A stretch of DNA of 61,420 bases, filler included, from Sphacelaria rigidula (GCA_964200075.2; 10 parts of 10 records of this genome joined end to end with filler, not necessarily neighbours in it), one strand, 5' to 3'. Counted from the first letter of the whole stretch, positions 12,016 to 24,688 are shown. The notes: generated from the letters alone by a model not told the origin. A program made the numbers and translations.

Positions 12016-12972
12016 CTGTTTCACACGATATCGAATTTTGGCGTAATCGACAGAAGAAGAAAAAACGGCGCCCAGCATGAACCATCAGAAAAAAAAGCAG
12101 AAACGGGCAGGGGGGAGGGTGTACTCATGATCATGCATACCATAGTCATGAGACCATTGACCTCGCATCCTTACAATGCCGGGAAGAAGCACGCCGGGTT
12201 TTCGNNNNNNNNNNNNNNNNNNNNNNNNNNNNNNNNNNNNNNNNNNNNTTAATTAATTAANNNNNNNNNNNNNNNNNNNNNNNNNNNNNNNNNNNNNNNN
12301 NNNNAACAAAGGTTTTTCCAACAACGTTTGCCGCTTTCAACGAAGATCTTGCTCGAAATTTCGAGCAACAAATTGCCCAAAAACCCCCCCCCCTATCGTA
12401 GGATGACTCACGGAGTGATCCTCTACCGACCACATCAAGAGCTAAACAGCAAGGGGCCACACAGATGAGGGTCCTCAACCCAGGATCCCCCGTCCCCTGC
12501 CACTGCTCCAAGCATGCATGCGATGATACTGAAACCGACGTTTGGGTATCATTTGTCTACAGGTTCAACTCAAAAGAGCGTATTACAAACCTTAAACCTG
12601 CCTTCCCGTCTGTGTTGGAATGCACTGGTGAGCCATCTGCAGACATATTTACCGCCATCATCACGTTTCCGCCCTGTGAATCACACGGAATCACAGATGG
12701 ACACTTGATACACCTTGTGAACACTCTGCGAAAGTGGAGAGCCTGTGGACGACCTTGTGAACGCCTTCGGAAGGTCCAAGAGCCTCAAATCGACTCAAAT
12801 TGACCCTTGACAATGTGCACGGTTCTAGAGGATTTTCTAGATACAGCACCTTGTTACGGTGAACACCCTGAGATATATACGCACACAATGTGCGAGGTTG
12901 TAAAGGACTGCTTGATACAGCACCTTGTTGTGTGAGTGAATATCATGACGGGGTCTGACATATTGTGCCAAC

Positions 12973-13221
12973 GACTGCTGCCGAGATAGCCCCCCCCCGA
13001 ACCGGCCAAAAAAGTGCACGAGGGCGATGATCATGAATGCCGTTATTGCTTGTTTCGTGCTGCACGACGCGATTCATTTGGGCGTTATAGCTCATTTTGG
13101 ACTGCTACACGACTCTCATGTGGGCGAAATTGCTGCAAACGAGCCCAAAAGTGAGATCGCAGCCGGTTTGTCGGACGGTCTCCGGTGCACTTTCTGTGGG
13201 GGGGCTATCTCGGCATTAGTC
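12973..13221. mobile_element. MITE (249 bp), TIR GACT..TGCCGAGATAGCCCCCCC, 4-bp TSD CAAC
   Basis: CAAC at 12969-12972 and 13222-13225; inverted ends GACTGCTGCCGAGATAGCCCC / GGGGCTATCTCGGCATTAGTC. Confidence 0.8.
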
Positions 13222-13428
13222 CAACATCAAAATCCTCTGGATTGCATATTTCCCAAATCCCATTCTTGCTACAGCATATTTGGAAATTGTACAGCGCGGG
13301 GGCTGTTCGGGGTGAATTCTCGTTTTCCCCAACTTGGACTTCTATTTTTTTCAAATGCGAAATTAGGGAAAAGCGGATTTGAACCGTTTTTTGAATTCAT
13401 ATATACTCGTTTTGCCCAAATCGTTTTT

Positions 13429-13748
13429 TGTGGGAGATACCTCTTTGCAGTGATATATTAGAGACTGATGTCACAGATGTATACAGACCTAGCGCAAGCA
13501 GGGACAAGTTAGGAACGTTCCGGAGTGACCAGATCACCGAGGATCCTGTAATGCCGACGTAACTAGACCACTCGGGGTGATGCCGGGAAAAGCCTCACAT
13601 AGGACGATCCAACATCCCCCGAGGCCCTGGTCGCCTATCGCGACCACTCCTCGTCTGACCCCACTTCTTGCCTCGGAGTTCCTTCGGCATCAGGACGGCA
13701 GTCTTCCCCGTAGGTCTCTGACTACTCTAGTGATACGCCTTTCTTACA
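13429..13748 (+). repeat. 5' LTR (320 bp)
   Basis: First 113 nt match 18244-18356 with 4 substitutions. Confidence 0.9.
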
Positions 13749-16700
13749 TTGGCGACACCAGAACAGAACTCAGGCAAGACAGGGTTTAGAAGTAAAAAAC
13801 TAGAACGAGAACCGACTGCTCCCCGACACCGGAAGCACTAGGGTTCTCCAAGGAACGCTACTCCAGGTGAAACGTATGGGTTATTATGTGCATATTTTTT
13901 CCGAGTTGAGAGGTTATTGGAATCGTATGTTTAGGTCAACGCGAAATTAGCCCCCTCAATGTGCATTTATATGTCACCAGCATGACTAATCAAATAACGG
14001 AACGCGAAGTCAGACTCCTCAGTGTGCAGTATATGGCACCTGTATGGCTAGTCAAACAGCTAAAACGCGAAATTGGTCCATCAGCGTTCATAAGATGTGA
14101 CCAAGATGGCTAACAAAACAACGAAGCCACATTTGTCAACCAACCTTGAACCAGCACAGTGCTAGAGGCACGGCAATTAATCAAGCAGGCCGACCTCTGG
14201 AAATGCGGTGACTCGAAATAGCACTAACAAAAACAAATCGTTTACCCAACCTGCGAAGGCACGACCTTGTCATTCCCATCCATTTAGCAAACAAAAGAAA
14301 GGGAGGTGTATTGGATGATCTTACAGCATCTCAGCCCGCAAGCTGGGAAGAGTTGTAAAGTACAGACAGCTCAATATTCCACACCTCAGTACGCATGAAA
14401 AGCACAAAAGTATCAACCATCAGGTGAAGAACAAATCGAACAGAAGCGGGTTTCCTAGTCAGTACAATAACTCCTCCAGACGGGTACCAAAACAGCCCTC
14501 AATTGGGATGTGAAAGTACATACTAGGAGCAGGAGCTGAAAAGAGCACGATGACAGTTGGTTCCGAAGCAGCCTTCAGAGCAGCTGTGGGAAAAACCAAA
14601 CACCACATGAAAGACCATCATCAAACATGTGGCTCAACTTTTAAGGCTCTCAAGTATGTTACACTCTGCGCCGTACCCCAATGAATCAGTACTGTTACAT
14701 TCCGCGCGGACAAATTTTCAACCGGCAGCCAGAAAAACAGCGATGTTACGAGCAGGGTGTGTTGACTCCAAATCGAAACATCAGTCTGCCCTTTGCAACC
14801 CAATCTTGGACGATCACTGTTATGACTCATAACAATGCATCATCACCCGCCGGGTATACAGACGCGCCCATAACGCTATCCTGTGCAGCAGCCCGCATTA
14901 GAGTCGCAGCCAGAGTAAACGGTACCCTCGCCGAAAAACAAATCACAATCGATTCCGCAGCAGAAGTACCGTGTATCAGCGAAAGTTCATAGATGAACAT
15001 CAGGCCATCATGGCAGCTGATATGAAGCCAGTACCGCCAGGACCCACCGATCTCAGAAACGCGGAATAAAAATCCGAGGGTTCCGGCAAAGAATGGCAGC
15101 ATGAGTTGAAACAGAAAATACCCCGTGAACAACAACAACTACTGTCGTGCAGCCACGCATATTAACCGAGGAGGACACTCGATCGCCGGATGTACCTCAA
15201 GTATCCACGCGCATCAGCCTTTCCAGGACAGCAGGCACGTAGTAGGTGACGGACAAAAAACAGAAATCGTACAAAATGACCAACCTATCGAGCCCACATG
15301 AAAACCCCGGAAAAACGTCATGATAATGGGACAAAAAGCCGGAGGAACTTCATGATATTCCGGACACCCGCACGACTGTTTACGCTACTACAACTATGTG
15401 GTAACGTGCCAAAAGGCCATGTGCTGCAAATAGCTGAGCCGTAGATCACCGTCAAATATCAACTGAGAAAATATACTGTTTGAAGCCAGTTGAAAGCAAC
15501 CGAGAGGTGTCGGTCAACCGGCCGGAATGTGCCGATGGGACACGTTCCGGTAGGACGGCTAGACGAAAGAGTACCGTCAAACCTAGTCGAATGCAATATA
15601 AATTCGATGTAAAGCGCTGGAGTACTAGGTAAATATGTACTGTCTGTAATGGACCACCTCACAAAAAAACTATTTTCGACAGAGTCTTACTACACTTGGA
15701 ATCCCGGGAAAGCTGCGTTCGAGTTAAAAAACCGAAATCAGAAACAAGCTGACATAGGCATGGCAATAGGAGCCGGGTTGCAGTAAACCTCGCACGGCAC
15801 CTTTACACCCGCAAAGTGACTCAGTGTCGGAACAGATCCACTCCACTATGCACGCGATGTACGCTCGGCTTCGGTCAATTGGTAACAAAAATCGGGCACC
15901 CATACCTCCATTCATCCAAATGGTGTACAACACATCCTATCACAGTACAGTACAGGAGATACCATATTTTTTAGGGGTCGGAAGAAAGCCCAGATTGCCA
16001 ATGGACATAATTGTAGGCATACTGGAGGAGAGCCAAGCGACAACACCCGAAGAATTTCCCAAAGAAACACGGGAAAACCGACAGTTTGGATTTGAAGCCG
16101 TAGGACAAGCCCTATGGGAAGAGCGAGCGAGCAAACCAAGAACGAATTCAAATCTTTCACGGTGTTCAAACACAGTCAAAAGGTACTCTTGTACCCACCA
16201 AACCAGGACTCAGGAAGGCCGGAACCGAAACTCCAATTTACGTGGAGAGGACCTTTCATGGTAACCGGGAAACGATCGCCGGTTGTGTACATAATCAAAA
16301 TAGGCGACGACTAAAAAGAAATGTCAGTACATCCCGATTACTTGAAGAAATATTACCCGCGGGAAACACCACCCGCATCAGATGTCGATAGATCGAGCGA
16401 GTTGTTCATAGACAAACAGATACCTCTAACAGAGAGACCAACGACACGAAATGTTGCCTACAATAGAACGTTACGCTACCAAAAAAGTGGTAGGTCACGC
16501 GCCAGGCCCAGGTCGGAGAAGTCGTTACAAGGATCACTATCTGTTGAGACTCCAGGGCTACAGCCCAGCGGCTGACCTGACCTACCGTAGAAGTGCTCAG
16601 CACCGGACTTTGACAAAGGGTTAGCTGAATGCTCACATCCGGATTCGGAATCCAAAGCTACGGGGAAACGGAAATGGATGTGTCTGTTTAACAGACTGTT

Positions 16701-18243
16701 TGAGCGTCCTAGCAAAACGCTTAAGAGTTTAGCAGTAACCTGAAGTCAAAATTCGGAGGTAAATGAGACTCAAAAGATACAGCCCAGCAGCTGATCTAAC
16801 CTGCCGAGCTGACGAAACATCACAAAGTGGACATATCCTCGATACATACCATCATGGCATCGGGTTGGCAAAGCGCTCACATCCGGAGTCGAAATCCGAA
16901 AATACCGAGTAACAGAAACGGATGTGATTGTTGAACAACTGTTCGAGAGTCCTAGCAAAACGCTCAACGGTTGAGCAGTAGCCCGAGGTTACAATTCGGA
17001 GATCAAGGAGAGTCACAAGAGGAGAAAACGAAAAGAAAAAACGTTAGAACGATGCAGACATGAACGGAAACATATCTGACATGTCAACGGTGACCGGAGT
17101 GCAACTTCCCAAGGAAGATAGCCTCTCAGCAATTGGGGTAGTGCTGATCATTTTGACGATGTTTAGACAAAACAAAAGGCACAATGCTTACAGGCCGAAA
17201 ACATCGTATTCACCGCTTTGTTACTAACACGAAGACGCTGTACTATTTCAGTGTCAGCGGAACTGAAGGTATCCCAGAACCCGGACACAAAAAACCCAGG
17301 CGCCGGTGGACCGACCAGTGTCCCAGTGCCCAAACGTGTAGAAATAGCAGATGCATCCAGCACCAAAGTGCAACGCATCTTGTAGATTATCACATGAGAC
17401 ACACGTACATGCCACGAAATTTTACGAAGCAAAGAACATGTCGATGTTTCACCAAAGAGCACAATGCTCGCAAGATAAACATCAGACCCACCGCTTTGGT
17501 ACTAACGCGAGGACTTCGTCCTATACTCCGGTGACAGTGAACCGAAGGTATCCCAGAACCCGGGCAGAAATACCTCAAGCGCCCGTGGACCAGTCGGTGT
17601 CCCAGTGCTTAGTCAGCTATACCTAACTGATGCAGCCTGCACCAAAGTGCAAAAAGCATCCCATATAAAAAACCTTGTGCCACTCATGATGCATCTATTT
17701 AACACAATACAAGAAGCAAAGGTCATTTTGACCGGGTTTAGACAAAAGAGCACAATGCTCACATATGAAAGAAAAATTAATATATCTGCAACACCGCCTT
17801 GTTACTAACCCGAGACTTAACCCTACTCAGGTGTCCGCGGAACTAAAGGTATCCCAGAACCCGGGCAAGAATAACCCAGGCGCCCGTGGACCGATCAGTG
17901 TCCCAGTGCCCAGTCATGCATACCAGCAGATGCAACTAGCACCCAAGTGCAAATATATCTGATGGAAACATGTCACATATGACAGCTTCATGACAGAAAA
18001 AAAAAAAGAGGGTTTGAAATACATGCACTCTTACTGACAAAATGTAGCTGAACTTTACTGGGGGTGTTTGCTCAGTACCACAGTATAGAGAAGGGCTACC
18101 TTCTCGATTAGTGGTGGCGTGACTCAATCAATGATTGTCACTCAAAGAAACCTCCATGATTATATCATCAGCGAAGCTGATGATCGCCTCGTCCCACCAG
18201 CGATAGCCTCGATGGGCTAGAGGCGCATAAAGGGGGGGTGATA

Positions 18244-18356
18244 TGTGGGAGATATCTCTTTGCAGTGACATATTAGAGACTGATGTCACAGATGTATACA
18301 GACCTCGCGCAAGCAGGGACAAGTTAGGAACGTTCCGGAGGGACCAGATCACCGAG
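18244..18356 (+). repeat. 3' LTR (partial)
   Basis: Preceded by polypurine tract AAAGGGGGGG; direct repeat of 13429-13541. Confidence 0.9.
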
Positions 18357-19257
18357 NNNNNNNNNNNNNNNNNNNNNNNNNNNNNNNNNNNNNNNNNNNN
18401 TTAATTAATTAANNNNNNNNNNNNNNNNNNNNNNNNNNNNNNNNNNNNNNNNNNNNCGGATGAAGGGTGAGCTGCATCCTGCTAAGATTGTTCGGCCCGA
18501 AGCCTACTGCTCATCTTGCATTTAGATAAATGTTAAAGGTGTCTCTACGAGAGTGTGGGAACGGTACTCTGTCTCGAATGAGACGCGTGGCCAACGGTAA
18601 AACGACCAAACAGGTAAGAAACAAATGGGTACGCCCTCCCCCCCCGGCGAAAGAAGAGAGGAAAAACAGAAGCAACAAACAACCAATCACAGTACCAACA
18701 CAAAAACAAGACAACGAAACTACCAGCACTACTACAACAAACGACGCAACAAGTAAAAAAAAAAAAAAACTAACCTTTGAACTTCATAACAGTCCAAACT
18801 CCGGTCAAGCGAAAGGAAAAGTCTCCATACCTGAGCTCGGAGTGAAGATGCACGCTTTTTATTTTAATATATATATATACGAGAACAAGATTTGATCGTG
18901 GGTCAGAGTAAGAGATATCGAACTACTGAGGTGCACAAAAGGGGAAAACAAGCACGAGTCCGTTGAGATCTCCGGAGATACCCGGAGACCATACCACACC
19001 CAGCGGAAACGGGGTACTGTATCGGAAGACCAGGTTTCCACACGAGTGGACCTGTGTGTGCGCGCAAGGATCATTTGGTTTTCAATTTAAAATGACTGAA
19101 AATGACGCCGATTCACAAATAGTCCCTGCGTGCAAACAAGGGGTTCACCCCTGGTTAGTGGGAGTCCGGTCCCAAAGGGGTCGAAAAAACAAGTTTTTGT
19201 CAACCACAAACGTGGGTAGCCGGGGGGGGGGGGGGGGGGTGGGTAGAACTTGAACTT

Positions 19258-19503
19258 GAACAATGCTACGGTAGGGGTTGCACTGTTTTTGGCGAAAACG
19301 ATTCTCGGAGTTGCTCGGTGTGTTGGACGGATCATTTTGAGAATCGGCGTCATTTTTACTTGAAAAAGATTTGAAAATGATGCCAATTCACGAAAAGGCC
19401 ACTGCGTGCAAACACCACTGTTTGGGAGTCCGGTCCCCAGAGGTTTGGGTTGCACAGTAAGCCCCATATATTTTAAAGTGCAACCCCTACCGTAGCATTG
19501 CTC
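19258..19503. mobile_element. Sola2-like MITE (246 bp), TIR GA(A/G)CAATGCTACGGTAGGGGTTGCACT, 4-bp TSD ACTT
   Basis: ACTT at 19254-19257 and 19504-19507. An older related fragment lies at ~19065-19200. Confidence 0.8.
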
Positions 19504-19544
19504 ACTTTTACCCCTTCTAATCTTATGTTTAGTATTGGTATGGG

Positions 19545-19658
19545 AAAGGCGAGCCTACGTCTATGTGACCACGGGTTCGCGAGATCGGACTAATGTGCGG
19601 AAATAATAATAATGATACTACTAGTACTAGTACTAATAATAATAATAATGATAATAAT
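19545..19658 (+). mobile_element. 5'-truncated 3' end of the RTE LINE family with AAT-rich tail
   Basis: GAGCCTACGTCTATGTGACCACGGGTTCGCGAGATCGGACTAATGTGCGG matches 5968-6016. Confidence 0.8.
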
Positions 19659-19998
19659 CAGAGTTTACTGCTTGCTCTTCACTCACCACGTCGAGATGTC
19701 CCCTCGCGGCAGCACCGTTCATTGCCTTCGTCGTACATCCTTCGGAGCGGTTTTCGTGCAGCCATTTCACCTGTTTTTTTTTACGATTACGATGAACCGG
19801 GGTTTTGATACGTTTTTACCTTAGGGGATGTTTACCTTGCGACCACAGCTGGAATATGACTCGTCGAGGATCAGATTTTGTGCGACGATCAATCAATCGA
19901 TCGATGGATCAACAGACGATCCGCAGTACGGTCACGAGCTGATGAATCTGACTCATCTTCCTACTCAATGGATCATGTGGATGCTACAGGACACTATA

Positions 19999-20104
19999 GT
20001 TGTTGTTGTTGTTATCATCCCATCTATCCTGGACGCCACTCTACGCTTTTCAGTATATGTGGGCGCATCAGCCGAGGCCACACAAGAGGAAGGCCAACAC
20101 AGGA
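19999..20104 (-). mobile_element. Truncated 3' end of SINE family with (AAC)n tail
   Basis: Reverse complement ...GTAGAGTGGCGTCCAGGATAGATGGGATGATAAC(AAC)n matches 32950-32990. Confidence 0.65.
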
Positions 20105-20191
20105 CACAACCTCACATGAAGGAGGAAGCGCATCGCAAGTACGTTGAGAATTCACCACCCTCTTCAAAATATAACCTCAATTAGACTCTTT

Positions 20192-20443
20192 CACACGTCG
20201 GACAGCTCATGAGCTACTTCCCAATCCAAGAGGGCCCTTACATCCCTTATCCAAAAGACACAAAGCACGTGACACACGGTCCGAGAAGCCAAGGCTCTAC
20301 CTTTGCGCTACTCCGCATGCACGACGTGCAGCGCTATGGGGAGCAAATATGGAAAAAATGGGCCAAATGAGGTAGCTCATGGTCCGGAACAACACATTGA
20401 TAATAAGTAATATTCAGGTAGCTCATGAGCTGTCCGACGAGCG
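20192..20443. mobile_element. hAT/P-like MITE (252 bp), TIR CACACGTCGGACAGCTCATGAGCTAC, 8-bp TSD
   Basis: Flanks GACTCTTT (20184-20191) and AACTCTTT (20444-20451). Confidence 0.75.
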
Positions 20444-20993
20444 AACTCTTTGAAGAGCATATCAGGTAGATATACCCGATTTTGTTGATATTTTTGAGAA
20501 GTGAAGATCCGATCCATGCCCACAGTAGCAGCCAGCCCAGCGCTGTCGTGCCCCGCTCTAAAGCCCATACAAGTCATTGTGACTGACTTCGGCAGGACAT
20601 GTGCGACGTTTCAATATTCAACAATATCGGGTATACCCTATCCGACACGCCCCTTGGATTCTTTCAAGGTTCGGACAAATAATGATCCGTCTGGAAATCA
20701 CTTGGTTGTAGTATAATTGATTCAAATTGTACGAATCAATCCCTAGGCTTTGTTTTCAGCGTCGCAACCCAGGTACACCTAGCCCAGACACGTGTTATGG
20801 CGCAAAAGTTGCGTGGAGACCCCTTGGACCAGCGGTCAACTTTTTTCTCCCTTCTGGGCAACCAGGCCGAAGAAATCGTGGATTTGGTGATTCGTAGTCG
20901 TGATGATTCGTCCTAACCGTGGGTTCTTTACACGAACAGTACAGTGGGACACTGCATTGGTTGGGAATAAAAACCATGCGTGCCTGCGCTTAC

Positions 20994-21080
20994 CATTCTA
21001 AGATGACCGGCAGTGGCGGCCCTATCCATAGCGGCTACAGTGCACCCCTCCTGGCGGTGTCTATGAAGCCACTTCACCAC
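20994..21080 (-). CDS. Ankyrin-repeat protein exon (third seen)
   Basis: VVKWLHRHRQEGCTVAAMDRAATAGHLRM; 87 bp, phase 0, AG/GTAAGC boundaries. Confidence 0.85.
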
Positions 21081-21236
21081 CTTCCAACAAGGAAATGTGG
21101 CATAAGTGCGGGCAAACAGGCGAATGAACGATTTTGCGAGAAGTGGAAGGCGGGAGGAAGGAGCCAGGGTTGTTCGGTGTGCTACAGCACACATAAAGAC
21201 GAAGCAAGTTGCTGTCTCTTGTGATCGAAGACTACC

Positions 21237-22008
21237 GCACCCCCCTTGTTCTTCATATCTCAACCCCTGGCATATGTTATTTTCCACCCTTCGCTTTTCT
21301 TGACATCGACGATGCTCATGAGTTCAATAGATAGCTGTATATACTGTTTACATCCTTGGAAGAAAATCTTGTTGAGATCGATCTTGTTGTAGATTATGTC
21401 ATTTTCCAAGCCAGGTTTTCTTGACAGCGAAGGCGCTCACGACAGCGATATATATAGCTGTACCGTATCTACTACCTGTACCGTTAGAAAAAACACTTTT
21501 GTCGTTATCAATCTCGTCGTTGTAGACCTCGTCATTTGTCATTTTCCAAGCTGGATTTACCCGACAGCGACTGTGCTCACGTCACCGATATTTAGCTGCA
21601 TCCCAAGTTTTCCATCGTTGAGAAGATCTTGTCGAGGTAAGGCCTCACCATTGTAGATCTCGATTGTCATTTTCCAAGCTGGATTTTCTCGACAGCGACG
21701 CCGTTCACAACACCGACAGATGGCTGCATCCTCCACGAAGTATATTTTATCGTTGAAAAAATGTCGAGCCAGGCTTTGTTGAGACATATCTCGTTGACAG
21801 AATCCTCTTTGATATAAATTTCGTCGAGACAGATTTCGTCGAGACAGATTTCGTCGAGACAGATCTCGTCGAGATATATTCCACCGAGATCGATTTCGTC
21901 GAGATGGGCGTGCTCCTGGGACAAACGGCGCTCGCAGGCTCTCGTGTCTCGAGAAAATCCATTTTGGAGAATGTCATTTATCAGAGGGTGGAAAGAACAA
22001 GGGGGTGC
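21237..22008. mobile_element. Intronic TIR element with internal 15-bp tandem repeat
   Basis: Ends GCACCCCC(C)TTGTTCTT / AAGAACAAGGGGGTGC. Internal (TCGAGACAGATTTCG)n at ~21820-21905 and duplicated TGTCATTTTCCAAGC blocks. Confidence 0.6.
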
Positions 22009-22669
22009 TTACCCGCGTTAGGAATGATGCTGGCCTCATCTTGATCGCAAAACCATCCACTCGTTTTTCATCATCGGCTATACGCGAGCTTCTACCGCAA
22101 TGCTAATAAGCTCCTAGACACTGACGTGTCGACAAAATGTGACACTTCCGTTTGCCTTCCTGAACTACTTATGTCAAATGCATACTCTGCTGCGCGAATA
22201 TATAGTGCGGGGGATAGACCGGATCGTTCCACGCTGATTAAAAACAATACCAAAAAAGTTTTTCAACATTATGAAAAAAAGCAGAATAAATCATGGACTC
22301 ATTCTAAGGAACGACATAGTTGTGGCCTCTCATCAATCGCATTTCCCACGGGTCTGTAATTTGGATCATGACCCCGACTATTCTTCGTACTCTGGTACTC
22401 ACCTACCCCTCATTTTGTGCATAGGGGGGCGAAGAACGTAGAACACCTTCTTGCCGTGACCGTAGTGGAAATGCGTATGTATCTACAATGTATTCAAAGA
22501 CATCCGTGATAACATGGAACACAAAATAACAGGAAACGAAAAAACACTCGTGAAGATATACTCCAAGTTCATCTCTTTTTACTTCGACGTCCCCGACAAC
22601 TGAAGTCGGGGATCCTCATCACCCCACCCCACGGGGGTAACATAAAACTCCGTGGCCCACCCTACATAC

Positions 22670-22831
22670 CTTGAGGTGGCCGCGTGCCGCGGCATCATTC
22701 ATGGCCTCCTCGGATGTGGCGCCCCAGCGGGCGCCGGCCGTGCCCCATGACCTCGCCACATGCAGCCACTTCACAACATGCAAATGACCGTTGCCGGCGG
22801 CCAATCGGAAGCAATCCTCCGCTGTCTCTAC
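22670..22831 (-). CDS. Ankyrin-repeat protein exon (second seen)
   Basis: VETAEDCFRLAAGNGHLHVVKWLH...AMNDAAARGHLK; 162 bp, phase 0, TAG/GTATGT boundaries. Confidence 0.85.
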
Positions 22832-23922
22832 CTACAGAATTGACAGAGGGGGAACAAGATGTGGTGAAAGTGAGAAAGTAATGAGAAAAAGAAATCAAAC
22901 GGGGAAGAGATAGATACACTTCAGGTTGACAAACAGGGTAGGCTTCTGGATGAAGTCACGCTGAAGTACTTCAAACATATAGCAACCAGTTTATTCTACT
23001 GTGCTGCACTATTCTATTTCACTGCACTATTAGATTTGTACACGACTTTCTATTGCTGTGCGCCAAAGCGACGACTGAGCGACGGAGGGCTCCAGCCGTT
23101 GTATATTCCGTGAGTGTTCAAGTTGTTGTGTCGTTTGCCACGGGCTGTGCAGTGTGTCAATCACTCCGCAGGGGTCTTGAGTCTCCGGGACGAAAGACGA
23201 GGTAAAAAGAAGGGTTGGAGATGTTCTTCGGCCATTCAATTTTGTGCCGTGCGGTGGGTTGCACGGCGCTGGTGCAAGGCCGATGTTGGTCAAATGGAAG
23301 CACCCTTCGGACACAACTTGAGATAGGATAAGACACAACGAGGTACAAGATACTCTTAGTAATTACTGCTGGGTACGTACAGCTACCCCGTTATCAGACA
23401 AAATGGAGTACTCTGCGCGATCCTTTTTTCCCGCGGTGCTGTTCGGCCCTAAACCGCGCTGTTTTTTCGCGAAAGTTGGTGTACATGCTTTGCATGGGCT
23501 GTGGGCGCCTTGCCTTTGCGTCGGGATTGATTTTTGAGTAGTTTGGGCCTAGCACGGACAGCTTCGAGATGCATGGTTACCTGTACCTACGTTTGGGCTG
23601 AAATAGGTGGTGATATCCCCACTTTTGTCTGGTGTTCTGGAATAAAAACGTACTGCGTAAAGTATACCATACAAAAGGCAAAAATCGCTATACTTGACGC
23701 AGTACACTTTCCTTCTATTGCATCTATTGACAACCTATTATCGAGGGTATGATTGACAAACGCTGGTTTGTTGCCAATCACCCGGAGGTTCAATATATTG
23801 TTCGACACCTGCACACACCGCGATGATTCAAACTGTTCAACCTGTGTACCCCCTATCCCGCTATCCCCCCCATGCCCCCCGATCAAAAACAGATGGGTGT
23901 TATATCCCCCATGCATCATCAC

Positions 23923-24165
23923 CTGCGTAGCTCGATAGCAAGCGAGCCAAACAGCAACCTCCAGGTGACCCCCCTCACACGCCTTCTCCAGTGCTCTAGC
24001 CGTGCACCTTCCCGCTGCAGCCGCGGCCCCCGCCGGGCCCCCAGCCGAGGTGGGACCGCCGGTCAGAGGGGTCCGCATGGAAGCGAATGTGGCGGAGGCT
24101 TCTGCGGCCGCGGCTGCCGCTGCAGCAGCTGTCAGTCGGGAATGCTCGTTGAGCCACTCCAGCAC
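23923..24165 (-). CDS. Ankyrin-repeat protein exon (first seen) with poly-Ala insert
   Basis: VLEWLNEH...CTARALEKACEGGHLEVAVWLACYRATQ; 243 bp, phase 0, CAG/GTGATG boundaries. Confidence 0.8.
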
Positions 24166-24650
24166 CTGCGCGACGTTTTTTTTCAGAGTGGAGTCAGTAA
24201 AGCACTGCAGTTGATGCCGCGAGTTCATATCGTCATAACACGAAGCTTGAAACATAACTCGGCTTCATAGAGTAAGTAGTGTAGGACCATCACATTCTTG
24301 TCTTTTTTTCAAGAGGGCGGGATGATGACAGGTCCGAGTGCTCCTCCCGCCTGCACCTTGCCACCTTAGTGAGATACGTCCCACTAGAAGAGTGATGTTT
24401 CTTGTGCGTGGTTATGGTTGCCCAGGAATCCTGAATACATCTCGACCTCGGGACTATATGAAGGATAAAACTGAGCACAAGGTAGGTAAATTGAAATAAA
24501 GGCGGGAGNNNNNNNNNNNNNNNNNNNNNNNNNNNNNNNNNNNNNNNNNNNNTTAATTAATTAANNNNNNNNNNNNNNNNNNNNNNNNNNNNNNNNNNNN
24601 NNNNNNNNTCTTTGTTTGCTCTGTGGGTGCCGGGGGGGGCGCGCATTCGC

Positions 24651-24688
<38 letters not shown>

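Larger units (their letters stand above)
13429..18356 (+). mobile_element. Non-autonomous Ty3/gypsy (chromovirus-like) LTR retrotransposon; 3' LTR cut by contig end
   Basis: 5' LTR 13429-13748 (TGT...ACA), PBS-like TGGCGACACC at 13750, protease remnant ITIDSAAEVPC (~14942). Integrase remnants 15350-16300 including WRGPF, chromodomain-like YLLRLQGYSP (~16538). PPT 18229-18240, 3' LTR from 18244. Confidence 0.9.

Noticed and set aside
21667..21924. ORF with (LDEIC)n pentapeptide-like repeat
   Set aside because: Translation of a 15-bp DNA repeat inside a TIR element within an intron; no splice support.
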